Both the position numbers and the translations under genes were made by a program. Below the pieces are notes generated by a model. That model made no database searches. It had not been told where the DNA came from and saw only the letters and a program-made list of their open reading frames with translations. 64,000 nt of DNA from Phoronis australis. Lineage: Eukaryota > Animalia > Phoronida. The stretch's first letter is position 1; each line of letters begins with the position of its first letter. Of the stretch, positions 21,601 to 33,186 are shown one piece after another. The DNA lies in the NCBI GenBank assembly GCA_002633005.1, contig NMRA01000024.1, positions 704,246 to 768,245 on the forward strand, read 5' to 3'.

Positions 21601-24600
21601 GAACAATACGGATACGAGTCTGCTAGTTTTTGTATCGGGGTTTCGACGCGCAGCTATTACAGTGCCGCTCGGTTAAAAGTTGACAAGGATAAGCCTACTG
21701 CGATCCACCGTTTGCTTGCCTTTGAGTGGTACCCATATGGTTATATAGGGGGCGCCACTGTTGGCTTGTCGTTGTAACTTGTCGACAAATCTGCATTCAG
21801 CCAAATATCTAGCTATAAAGTTAACTAGGTATGGGGAAAGTAGAAAGCCTTTAAATTTGACCTCTGACCTTTTACTAGTCTGTCATTGACAAGATCATGT
21901 GATCATCTCCTTTTAGTAAAATTTAGCAAACAGGAAAGGTACATTTGAAAACAACGACATCAAATTTCGTTTGTTGTAAAAATTCAAGATGAAATCTCCA
22001 AAACGCTGTTACAATTTTCTAAATTATCATTTCGTTTTCGTTTTTTGCAAGTTTTGATTTTTTTCATAAAATCATAAAAGTTCTATTGTAGACTAACTTG
22101 AAAAAGTTAATCATTTTAAATCCAGTTCCTGACAGCGTTCATGAGAACAGTGCATCAAACATGATATCGGAAAGTTTCGTATAAATCCGAGATAGGATGT
22201 TCTGAAATTTCGATATTTTTCTGCGGTCTCATGTAAACTAAAGGTTATGTAGGACCTGAGAGAAATGTCCAAATTCGTCAAACGTCGGAACATTATACCT
22301 CAGAAATGTTTGATCGAATTCATATGAATTTTTTGAGTTACGATGCATGAAAAAATCAAAAGTTGCATAACAAGAAAAACAATGAAAATTTAGAAAACTG
22401 CAAGCGTTCTTGAGATTTTTTCTTGAACACGTTAAGTTAGTCATGTTGTTGAAACCCTTGTTTTGCTGTCAATGTACTTTTATTTTCTGTGAAATTTGTC
22501 TAAAAAGACAGGGTCACGAAACTCAATTACTGTCAAGTTATTAAAAATCAAAAACGTCCTAAGGCTTTTCTATCGAGTTATAATTTGTAGTTTTGTATAG
22601 ATTTTGCTACATCTACAAGCTGTATATTAATATATGAGAGGGCTGCCCGAATCTCAAAGTTTATTTGTACTCACGCCATCATCTAAAATAGACATTGTTA
22701 ATATTTTGCAAATAATTAAGCAACCTACTTTCAACACGTAAAATCGAGTTAGTGTCTGGAAAAGCAAAGAATATTATTCAAAAAAGCTTTTTTTTGTACC
22801 GTGGGTCCTTCCGTTGCTGTCGCATACTGGCTGGTAAATCTTTATGCAAGCTTTCATACATTTGTCTTCTGGCGTCTTCTGGCCGAAACATTGGCTCACC
22901 AAACCTGCAGAAATATAACACAAAAGGGGGCGCATTTTAATATGATGATCTTTGAACTTCCATATGGTGGTTGCGCACGACGTGTTCTGAAATGGATTTA
23001 AGTTTTACGGGCTCGATCAAGTTGTTCAAACTCTTTGTGTTTTGATTACATATGACACAGCTAGACATGCATCTATATAGTTATTGGGATCAACAGTTGT
23101 AAACGACGACCCATTTGAAGGACAAAGTGCGGGCATGGGACCTCGGATTTGTCGTCGGTTAGTTCCCGTTGCGTCCACACGGCGACTTGGATCCGTAATA
23201 AATTGATTCGGCATACGCTGCAATTAATTCCTGACGTAAAGATAAATGGTGTCACTTCACAACCGGCACAAATTGCGACATATTCCGCTGTTGTGTAAAC
23301 AAATCAAGAAGAAGCACAGGAAAAAAATCAATGGAATTCACGTAACTGAATCAAGTAGTGCCGTGCACCATTATAACACGTGCTTATTGCAAAAAAGCTA
23401 CCACCTTGGTTGAGAAATGATCAGGCGTCAACTTACAAAAGTAGATTATTTATTCCGGGGTGCGATACTCACAAACTTCACGCAGGAATAGTGTTTAGCA
23501 TCTTGCAGTGGCGGATTTACGGGTGGGCCAAGGGGGCCATGCCTCCCCCCCTAAAATTCTCCCATATTCCATTTGGCAGTTCGGGGATGCGAATGTCTGA
23601 CGGGCTAAATTCTTGCCAATACTCTGCCCCCCAACTCAAAATCCCGGATCCGCTCCAGCGCTCATGCCTTGCAACCGTNCAGCTCCAGCGCTCCTGCCTT
23701 GCAACCGTGGTCTACAGTAATGATATTTTGTTAAGCAGAGCATCAAATTGACAACTTCCATCGTACAAGCAGTCAACCCGGCCAACCCGCGATCGAGAAC
23801 GCCCGGAAGGCGATCGAGAACGAGACCTTGCACCAAAAATGGCAGACAACAGGGACGTACCCGGTGAATTTAAGTGTCATTCTCTGCTTAAATAGAGGCT
23901 ACTTTGGTACGAATGCTACACACAGAAAAGCGTAAGAGTGTAGCCTTTGTTGTGGATCTGAAATAATACTTGGCTTTTGCTTATTTTTTAAAAGAAAGAG
24001 CTCAGAAAGAAACAATGGCTTTCGGTAAAATGTCTTGCGCCTCGTAAAAATCGACAATTTGTAGTTGTTATTAGCAATTCCAGGGTTCTTAATTGGAGAC
24101 GTGTGGCGTTTATAGTTTAATCGTCCCTGGTGACACCTTTGTTAGCTATGATTTGTGAAAAAATTCGAGATATTTACCAAATGAATACAAGCAGGTTCTT
24201 GTGTGAGACGGCAATCGCGAACGAAGTCGTTAATTCTCTTTGGCGACCGTGAACGCAAAAAAGCGATCATGAACGCACCATGCATTGGCCTGAATAGTTC
24301 AAGAACTCGATGTATTTGTGAGGTGCTTACATCGAATTTTGATGATTTATTGGTCTAAAACGATGAATTCAAGCGATAAGTTGACACCAGTAAGCGTGTT
24401 GTGAACGGCTGAACAGACTGCGTCCGAACCGATTACGTCATTGGTTAATTTCCACACCTCCGTCTGCCGTTAGGTGTCAGGTAAAACAACAGAATTTGCT
24501 GTTGTCGAGCGGAACTACTTGATCTGAATTGTTACAAAACAGAATGTTTTTGGGTGGCATTCTCCTTTAAATGGCCATACTAAGTGTCATTGGGCAATAT

Positions 24601-25895
24601 TTACATACTATTGTTCTGACCAATTAGTGTTTAAAGAGAAAATATATGTCTATGATTATTGTAGAAATTGCTTTCATGTTGTTGTTGATTTTCTGTGAGT
24701 GACTATTATACTATCAGGAAGAGATAACCTGATATAGTGCATAAATTCTACTGCCTGTTCGAGTAATTAAGTTCTCTGATAAGTCACAGGAAAAATGGGG
24801 GCGAGCTGTCAGTATGTAGGGTACTAAGTATTTAAATAGCAGTATCATAGTTACAGAAATCTCATTAAAAGGATGAATTTACAAACGCCCGGTCGTTATT
24901 TTTGTCGCATTATGCGATTACCAAGGTTTTGAAAACTATATGTTAACAAGTTAATAGTTTTTTGATTACAGTAACTGTGACCGTTAATAACAAATGTCTC
25001 GTGGCCAGTGTCTTGGAATTGCCTTGTTCAAGACTACTAGCGCTTGAAGCGGTAGGCTACTTCCCGTTTACTCAATGTCTAAACGTGAAATCAAGAAACA
25101 GGACTTAAAAATGTACTTGCTATGATAGCCTTGGTTCTGTCCATTGCAAAGTGCCCCCAGGGTCTGGGTTCTAATCTTTTTACTCGAAATGGAACTCGAA
25201 ATTGTGTTTGGCATTTTCTATTCTACTTTTGTGCGAACTCAAAATAAGTGTCTATTATTCTATGCTCGAGTACATAATGACTTGTGTGGATAATTTTCGA
25301 GTCCTAGTTCGCAGTTGATAAACCCATTATTAAGGCAAAAAGTTCGAGTTTGAACTCGAAATTCCGAGTTTTTACTCCAGTTTGTAGCACGAATATAAGG
25401 ATTATCAATTGCAAACTTGGACTAAAAACTATAATGTATTCGATCACAGTCTAATTAATGACCACTTATTTTAAGTTCGCACAAAAGTAGCAGAGAAATT
25501 GCCAAAAATAATTTCGAGTTCATTTAGAGTACAAAGATTAGATTCCGGGCCCTGATCGTTGCAACTCATTTCAACCTCTCGTCGCCATTATAATGATGCC
25601 GCGTTTTGATTATCTTTGTCTACGCCGCCGCTCTTAAAGGAAACTGTGAAATTTAATGGATCCGGAATGCCCTGTGACTTTCTGAAACGACTCAAACTTT
25701 CTGTTGCTGTAGCTGCTCATCCTGATGACGCGGCAAATAAAGCTAATATGTCCGTCGCACTCAGTCTTAATTTTTGGTGTTCGGATAGCTACACAGAAAT
25801 GTAGTTTTAAATAACATCTCCGTGGACCCATTTTTGCAAACGGATTTTTTTAAAAACAAGTACTTACCAACGAAAAGAACTGTAGCAAAATACAT
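17977..25895 (-). CDS. Secreted three-domain Kazal-type serine protease inhibitor 'B', 176 aa (exons 25895-25868, 22904-22800, 20775-20626, 20153-20007, 18077-17977; duplicate terminal exon 15996-15896, duplicate exon 1 29033-29006)
   Basis: Phase-1 introns. Spliced protein: MYFATVLFVGLVSQCFG-QKTPEDKCMKACIKIYQPVCDSNGRTHGNKCMLEIAQCVARSKGETVPTLKYDGRCKCNTVCPDIYAPVCGTDFQTHSNDCELEAANCKAKTYGKAPIAIDYKGECCPMACPFIFAPVCGSDGNTYSNDCELGVQSCVNKKRGFEEITVYGKEPCSDQL*. AATAAA lies about 65 nt after the stop. Confidence 0.92.
18845..19718 (+). mobile_element. About 1 kb non-autonomous TIR element, family B (left end CATAGGCGGATTTAGGGG, right end CCTAGATCCGCCACT), inserted in the GAT tract
   Basis: The internal part matches 27361-27485 and the right part matches 31246-31457. 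Related ends occur at 9839 and 23506-23658. Confidence 0.7.
20007..20153 (-). CDS. Kazal B exon 4
   Basis: Acceptor ttttgag (rare GAG), donor gtgagt; encodes NDC...YKGECCPMACPFIFAPVCGSDGNTY. Confidence 0.92.
20626..20775 (-). CDS. Kazal B exon 3
   Basis: Acceptor ttactag, donor gtgagt; encodes NKC...YDGRCKCNTVCPDIYAPVCG. Confidence 0.94.
20808..21050. mobile_element. Degenerate Harbinger-like MITE remnant
   Basis: Repeated gtccac / gtggac motifs in inverted orientation with gttttc / gaaaa blocks. Confidence 0.4.
21798..22612. mobile_element. Foldback / long-TIR non-autonomous element in Kazal B intron 2
   Basis: Long imperfect inverted arms: tagaaagcctt vs aaggcttttcta; ggtacatt vs aatgtac; gcaagttttgatttttttcat vs atgaaaaaatcaaaagttgc. 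Confidence 0.65.
22800..22904 (-). CDS. Kazal B exon 2
   Basis: Acceptor ttctgcag, donor gtacaa; encodes CMKACIKIYQPVCD. Confidence 0.92.
25158..25554. mobile_element. MITE with about 95-bp TIRs (CAGGG..CGG...CCGGGCCCTG); allelic copy 28313-28689
   Basis: The left arm ctaatctttttactcgaaatggaactcgaaatt...ctacttttgtgcgaactcaaaataagtg is the reverse complement of the right arm. Confidence 0.85.
25868..25895 (-). CDS. Kazal B exon 1 (MYFATVLFV)
   Basis: ATG to donor gtaagt, 28 nt, phase 1, the same geometry as Kazal A exon 1. The second copy differs only by a synonymous change. Confidence 0.82.
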
Positions 25896-26827
25896 TATGT
25901 GACCAATTCCGTTATCACTGACATGGGGTGTTCAGTATATCGCGCGCTATTTATCGTGGTCATCAAGAAGCAGCACCTGTTGTTTCCCATAGCGCCTTAT
26001 CGCCAAATGAAATCGTCAACGCACTTAGGTAGTATTGACCCGGGTCTCTGTCGGCGGGATTTACATGATGTATTGCACCGGTGTTGAGGGTATGCAAATG
26101 TTCGTGAGAACATGTGCAGAATCCGAGAACCAACAACTTATTTATTTTCGTGATAAGTCGCAAAGGTCCACAAAGGAATAATTTACAATACTGCACAAAT
26201 GTGTAATTAGCCTTCTTTATATTGAGAACCAATTAGGCTTCCTAGACAATCAGGTTATTGCAATGGTTAGCAGCTCAGCGAGCCTATCTGACTCATTCCA
26301 TACATTGGTTGCTCCTTCGAATATTTTCTCACTTTCACACTTTCCATAGATGATAATACCAGTGGACTTTCTCTTGATTTACGAAAGCTAATCGACGTGT
26401 TACTCTACAGGGCAGAGTCGCGCGAAGTAAGCTAGTATGAACACGTGGTTCGCGTGTAATAGATGGTAATAGCTCGCGAAGTCTACGGAATGCACACCAG
26501 CTCTCTCTTTCCTCTCTATTCATAAATTTTCTGAAGATAACTGTACTTCCTCTTGATCTGTCAGCGAAAAACTTTCGAATTAACAAACTGTTTAAAACGA
26601 ATTTTGCCTAAAAGTATAAAATTTGTCTTCAGCCACTTAGGGTTTGTTAATTTACGCAGCATTCAAACGCAAAGTGCTGACTACCGAGGAGGTGAAGGAG
26701 GCGACAAGAGGGAGAGTATTGGCTGGAGAAGATTTTTTTACAGTGAGCAGCTGAAGGACCCATAACCCCTTGTGCTTCCCCCCCCTTTCCCGTAGCCTAC
26801 GCCAGTGTGTTGTGATCAGCAGCAGTG

Positions 26828-27066
26828 CATGCGCGCACCCAGGAGGGGCTCGGGGGGCTCGAACGAGCCCCCATTTGGACAAAACGGTCCGTCCCCGAGA
26901 GACAAAAAGTCCGCGTAAATGGGAGGAAAGCCCACTAAATAAGCGCAAACGCGGAATTCACACAGGTGCTTCCGGTTTTTTTTTAATCCGCCCGCTCTTT
27001 TGTTAGCAAAATGTCCACAACGTTGGGAATACGAGCCCCCCATATTGAAGGCTGGGTGCGCGCATG
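26828..27066 (+). mobile_element. MITE family A (TIR CATGCGCGCACCCAG) with 5-bp TSD CAGTG; allelic copy 29963-30201
   Basis: 15-bp TIRs; cagtg at 26823-26827 and 27067-27071; five further copies in the window. Confidence 0.9.
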
Positions 27067-27761
27067 CAGTGGCGTACCCAGAGTGACTCAACGATGCGTC
27101 CAAACGCAAAGTTCATTGTTGGAGACCTCGAAGGGGGGAGGATGAATTAAGTGACAACCACAGGGGCTTTTTGGAATCCGAGACGGAACGGAGGAAGGTA
27201 ATGTTGAGATAAGTGTCGGTTGGAAAAGGGTTTATTTGCAATGAACAAAAGGGCGTGATGAGTCCTTCGTCCCCTCTCTTCCTGTGATATGGCATAGGCG
27301 GATTTAGGGGGGCCCGCCCCCCCCCCCCCTTGGCTGCCGCAAACTTGAAAAAAATCATCAACAGTAAGAGCGTAGTTGAGTTTATTAATTAACCCCTGTA
27401 ATTAAAATTATACGGATGAAAAAGGATTTAAATGTGTGCAGCTTTAGTGTTGGGGGGCGGGGGGGGGCTCAAATCCAATTTCAAGNNNNNNNNNNNNNNN
27501 NNNNNNNNNNNNNNNNNNNNNNNNNNNNNNNNNNNNNNNNNNNNNNNNNNNNNNNNNNNNNNNNNNNNNNNNNNNNNNNNNNNNNNNNNNNNNNNNNNNN
27601 NNNNNNNNNNNNNNNNNNNNNNNNNNNNNNNNNNNNNNNNNNNNNNNNNNNNNNNNNNNNNNNNNNNNNNNNNNNNNNNNNNNNNNNNNNNNNNNNNNNN
27701 NNNNNNNNNNNNNNNNNNNNNNNNNNNNNNNNNNNNNNNNNNNNNNNNNNNNNNNNNNNNN

Positions 27762-30459
27762 TTAGTGTTTTAAGAGAAAATATATGTCTATGATTATTGT
27801 AGAAATTGCTTTCATGTTGTTGTTGATTTTCTGTGAGAGACTATTATACTATCAGGAAGAGATAACCTGATATAGTGCATAAATTCTACTGCCTGTTCGA
27901 GTAATTATGTTCTCTGATAAGTCACAGGAACAATGGGGGCGAGCTGTCAGTATGTAGGGTGTTAAGTATTTAAATAGCAGTATCATAGTAACAGAAATCT
28001 CATTAAAAGGATGAATTGACAAACGCCCGGTCGTTATTTTTGTCGCATTATGCGATTACCAAGGTTTTGAAAACTATATGCTAACTAGTAAATAGTTTTT
28101 TGATTAGAGTAAACTGTGACCGTTAATAACAAATGTCTCGTGGCCAGTATCTTGGAATTGCCTTGTTCAAGACTCTACTAACGCTTAAAGCGGTAGGCTA
28201 CCTCCCTTTTACTCAATGTCTAAACTTGAAATCAAGAAACAGGACTTAGAAATACCCTTGTTATGATAGCCTCGGTTATCATTGAATAGTTTTGTCCATT
28301 GCAAAGTACCCCCAGGGCCGGGGCTCTAATCTTTTTACTCGAAATGGAACTAGAAATTATGTTTGGCATTTTCTACTCTACTTTTGTGCGAACCCAAAAT
28401 AAGCGTCTATTATTCTATGCTAGAGTACATAATGACTTACGTGGATAATTTTTTTGGTCCTAGTTCGCAGTTGATAAACCCATTATTGAGGCAAAAAGTT
28501 CGAGTTTGAACTCGAAATTCCGAGTTTTTACTCCAGTTTGTAGCACGAATATAAGGGTTATTAAAAACTATATTGTATTCGAGCACAGTCTTATAACTAC
28601 TTATTCTGAGTTCGCACAAAAGTAGCATTGAAATTGCCTACAATAATTTCGAGTTCGTTTCGAGTACAAAGATTAGATTCCGGGCCCTGGTCGTTGCAAC
28701 TCATTTCAACCTCTCGCCGCCATTATAATGATGTCGCGTTTTGATTATCTTTGTCTACGCCGCCGCTCTTAATGAAGCTGTGAAATTTAAAAGATCCGGA
28801 ATGCCCTGTGACTTTCTGAAACGACTCAAACTTTCTGTCGCTGGAGCTGCTCATCTTGATGACGCGGCAAATAAAGTTAATATGTCCGTCGCACTCAGTT
28901 CTTATTTTTGGTGTTCGGATAGCTACACAGAAATGTAGTTTTAATTAGTAACATCTCCATGGACCCGTTTTTGCAGACGGAATTTTCTTAAAAGCAAGTA
29001 CTTACCAACGAAAAGAACTGTAGCGAAATACATTGTGTGACCAATTCCGTTATCACTAACATGGGGTGTTCAATATATCGCGCGCTATTTATTGTGGTCA
29101 TCAAGAAGCGGCACCTGTTGTTTCCCATAGCGCCTTATCGCCAAATGAAATCGTCAACGCACTTAGGTAGTATTGACCCGGGTCTCTGTCGGCGGGATTT
29201 ACATGATGTATTGCACCGGTGTTGAGGATATGCAAATGTTCGTGAGAACATGTGCAGAATCCGAGAACCAGCAACTTATTTATTTTCGTGATAAGTCGCA
29301 AAGGTCCACAAAGGAATAATTTACAATTCTGCACTAAAGTGTAATTAGCCTTCTTTATATTGAGAGCCAATTAGGTTTCCTAGACAATCAGGTTATTGCA
29401 GTGGTTAGCAGCTCAGCGAGCCTATCTGATTCATTCCATACATTGGTTGCTCCTTCGAATATTTTATCACTTTTACGCTTTCCATAGATGATGATGCCAG
29501 TGGACTTTCTCTTGATTTACGAAAGCTAATCGACGTGTTACTCTACAGGGCAGAGTCGCGCGAAGTAAGCTAGCATGAACACGTGGTTCGCGTGTAATAG
29601 ATGGTAATAGCTCGCGAAGTCTAAGGAATGCACACCAGCTCTCTCTTTCCTCTCTATTCATAAATTTTCTGAAGATAACTGTACTTCCTCTTGATCTGTC
29701 AGCGAAAAACTTTCGAATTAACAAACTGTTTAAAACGAATTTTGCCTAAAAGTGTAAAATTTGTCTTCAGCCACTTAGGGTTTGTTAATTTCCGCAGCAT
29801 TCAAACGCAAAGTGCTGACTACCGAGGAGGTGAAGGAGGCGACAAGAGGGAGAGTATTGGCTGGAGAAGATTTTTTTACAATAAGCAACTGAAAGACCCA
29901 TAACCCCTTGTGCTCCCCCCCTTCCCGTAGCCTACGCCAGTGTGCTATGGTCAGCAGCAGTGCATGCGCGTACCCAGGAGGGGCTCGGGGGGCTCGAACG
30001 AGCCCCTATTTGGACAAAACGGTCCGTCCCCGAGAGACAAAAGGTCCGCGAAAATGGGAGGAAAGCCCACTAAACAAGCGCAAACGCGGAATTCACACAG
30101 GTGCTTCCGTTTTTTTTTTAGTCCGCCCGCTCTTTTGTTAGCAAAATGTCCACAACGTTGGGAATACGAGCCCCCCATATTGAAGGCTGGGTGCGCGCAT
30201 GCAGTGGCGTACTTAGAGTGACTCAGCGATGCGACCAAACGCAAAATTCATTGTTGGAGACCTCGAAGGGGGAGGATGAATTAAGTGACAACCACAGGGG
30301 CTTTTTGGAATCCGAGACGGAACGGAGGAAGGTAATGTTGAGATAAGTCTCGGTTGGAAAAGGGTTTATTTGCAATGAACAAAAGGGCGTGATGAGTCCT
30401 TCGTCCCCTCTCTTCCTGTGATATGGCATAGGCGGATTTAGGGGGGGTCCAGGGGGCCC
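27762..30459 (+). repeat. Second copy of 24624-27316 (includes Kazal B exon 1 and its upstream region); probable alternate haplotype
   Basis: Follows the N gap 27486-27761 and is colinear. It is visibly more diverged than the other three pairs. Confidence 0.82.
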
Positions 30460-31700
30460 NNNNNNNNNNNNNNNNNNNNNNNNNNNNNNNNNNNNNNNNN
30501 NNNNNNNNNNNNNNNNNNNNNNNNNNNNNNNNNNNNNNNNNNNNNNNNNNNNNNNNNNNNNNNNNNNNNNNNNNNNNNNNNNNNNNNNNNNNNNNNNNNN
30601 NNNNNNNNNNNNNNNNNNNNNNNNNNNNNNNNNNNNNNNNNNNNNNNNNNNNNNNNNNNNNNNNNNNNNNNNNNNNNNNNNNNNNNNNNNNNNNNNNNNN
30701 NNNNNNNNNNNNNNNNNNNNNNNNNNNNNNNNNNNNNNNNNNNNNNNNNNNNNNNNNNNNNNNNNNNNNNNNNNNNNNNNNNNNNNNNNNNNNNNNNNNN
30801 NNNNNNNNNNNNNNNNNNNNNNNNNNNNNNNNNNNNNNNNNNNNNNNNNNNNNNNNNNNNNNNNNNNNNNNNNNNNNNNNNNNNNNNNNNNNNNNNNNNN
30901 NNNNNNNNNNNNNNNNNNNNNNNNNNNNNNNNNNNNNNNNNNNNNNNNNNNNNNNNNNNNNNNNNNNNNNNNNNNNNNNNNNNNNNNNNNNNNNNNNNNN
31001 NNNNNNNNNNNNNNNNNNNNNNNNNNNNNNNNNNNNNNNNNNNNNNNNNNNNNNNNNNNNNNNNNNNNNNNNNNNNNNNNNNNNNNNNNNNNNNNNNNNN
31101 NNNNNNNNNNNNNNNNNNNNNNNNNNNNNNNNNNNNNNNNNNNNNNNNNNNNNNNNNNNNNNNNNNNNNNNNNNNNNNNNNNNNNNNNNNNNNNNNNNNN
31201 NNNNNNNNNNNNNNNNNNNNNNNNNNNNNNNNNNNNNNNNNNNNNTTTTTTTGCCTTTTTTTCTTGGATAATACTTCAGGAATCAAGGAAAAAGCTTGAG
31301 TTTTAGAGGTAAAAACAGAAAAATTTCCTGGGCGGGAGGGGGGCAAACCCGTTTGCCCCCCTCCCGACCTCCCCCCATTCGGTGGTTCACTTTGCGCAAA
31401 TGCTTGCAGCCGGACAAAATGTTGGCCCCCTCTTGTGATATCCTAGATCCGCCACTGACATATTATGTCAGTGCGGAAGCGTGTCCCGTAGTGACGTAGC
31501 CAGTCCAACGTGAAGAATCGAGTAAACGAAAGACTTGGGACACATGGTTCCCTTGTACCCCTCTCCCACCCCTCCCCAGTGTGCGCCAGTGCTCATCAGG
31601 ACTGGCGATGTGACGTTGATCGATCTTTAAAATGAAATTCCATCTTCTAGGCAGCAGGGCACCTTTAGCTGGAAGTGACACCTCTGTGCTGCAGTACACA
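29798..31700 (+). pseudogene. Decayed sialyltransferase (GT29, ST6Gal-like) relic interrupted by two TIR elements; allelic 5' part at about 26660-27290
   Basis: Removing MITE A plus one TSD gives CAMVSSSGVL / CVVISSSGVP (consensus CAVVSSSGVL, sialylmotif L start), then LNDA(P)NAKFIVG..RMN (motif L end). At 31593-31690 come SSGL, CD.IDL*NEIPSSR (motif S-like) and TF...(W)H(P)L (motif VS-like). It has many frameshifts, stops and deletions. Confidence 0.5.
30427..31457 (+). mobile_element. Family B TIR element spanning the gap 30460-31245 (allelic 5' part 27293-27485)
   Basis: Left end cataggcggatttagggg; right end cctagatccgccactg; right part shared with 19546-19718. Confidence 0.7.
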
Positions 31701-32044
31701 GCATAACAAGACCCTAGTATAGTAAACGGATTAAACACACGAATTCAGCGGTCACAGTCCAACGGTTTGTTTGTAGAGAGCCAACTTGACAAGTAAGCAA
31801 CTCTTTTAAGCAATTTCAATTTATTTTGGCAGGAAACCAAAGTAGGGAATTTATTTAATTTATGCTCGTGAAGCACATGCGTAATTCACGCTCCTAAAAC
31901 ACGGGCTTGTCTTTATGCCCGCCATAATTTACCAGCGTATAATAACATGTTACGGGCAACCTTTCCCTCAACGGCCAACATTAGTTGAGTGCCTCTTCAC
32001 GGACCCACGTGCATGAGCTGTAAACTGCACAGCCAGCTGTCGAT

Positions 32045-32190
32045 CCAGCCTCCCGTTCAGTAACGCTAGAACCTCGCTAAAAAGCAAGACTTCGCGAGAT
32101 TACGTGAGATATTGCCGTGTACTTTGAGTGAGAACACGTGACTTTGGTTAGATTTTAGCCAGGTCCTATCGTTACTGAATGCACGCCTGG
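32045..32190 (+). mobile_element. Short MITE family C (TIR core CGTTCAGTAACG)
   Basis: Inverted ends cgttcagtaacgctag / ctatcgttactgaatg. Second copy at 47875-48023; fragment near 54431-54480. Confidence 0.8.
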
Positions 32191-33186
32191 ATTTTGTCTC
32201 TCGGGACAAATGTAGGGTGCGCTTGAGATTCCTTCATTATGGTAATCCCACAAAGCAGGGGGTCCTCAGTGTTCTCCAGTTGCGGTGCGCGGCGGTGCCG
32301 TAGTAGTAAATTTATAGGTGTGTTTACGCCCAAGTTCCGGAGTATCATCTCGTGCGTCTACGCGCCAGTACACCTGAATGGTAAGTACACCAAGTAGACG
32401 CTACATTGAAAATGAAAAGGTGGTGTACTCAATGCGTTCACGTGCGTCGAATCCCACTACACCATTGGTGCCCGGTTGCACGAATCGGATACAAATAAGT
32501 TTCCTAAATCTTCTACGTATTTGTTTACTTACAAAGGTAATATTTTTTTCATATCACTTATCTTTATTGTGAGCTCCTCTTTGACTAAAGATACTTTCTA
32601 ATAACATGTCTAAAAATTGAGACATTATTTCAGTGAAACTAATTAGGGACTTAGTCCTTAAATTAGGGTCGTTGGATGAAAAGATACCCATTTATTTTCA
32701 TTAATATTGAGAATTCAACATAGAGATTTCTCACGGTGCGTATCAAAGCCAAAATCTGACTTAATGAGAATAAAACAGCATTAGAAAGGATAATCCGTGT
32801 TTTCATCAAAGCTCCGCAAATTCGGGGAAATGTTGAGTCTCATGTAACCGGCCACTGGACCCCCTCTGGATACGTGTCGACACAGGAGCTTTGGTTCGCA
32901 GAATTAGAAATATCGAGACAAGTCAAACAAAAGGTAGATCTAACTTTAGCGCGTAATTCTAGCTCACGTAGTAGATCTACTCAGTCGTATACTGTAACTG
33001 GTGTCTGTTCCATTAACGAAATTAAATCGGAAGTTATACTCTCAAGGAAACACTCAACGTTTTAACTTAATTGTCTGAACCCAGCTGATGTTTCCCGAGA
33101 GAAAACAAATAAAACAACTACTGATGCCAACTTTTATTTGTTACAAAATGAACCTTCGATAATGCAATCAAAACACGTTCACTAGG

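Noticed and set aside
30438-31346. Long ORFs of 105-302 aa made of X (also 27416-27793, 50499-51305)
   Set aside because: They are artefacts of assembly gaps.
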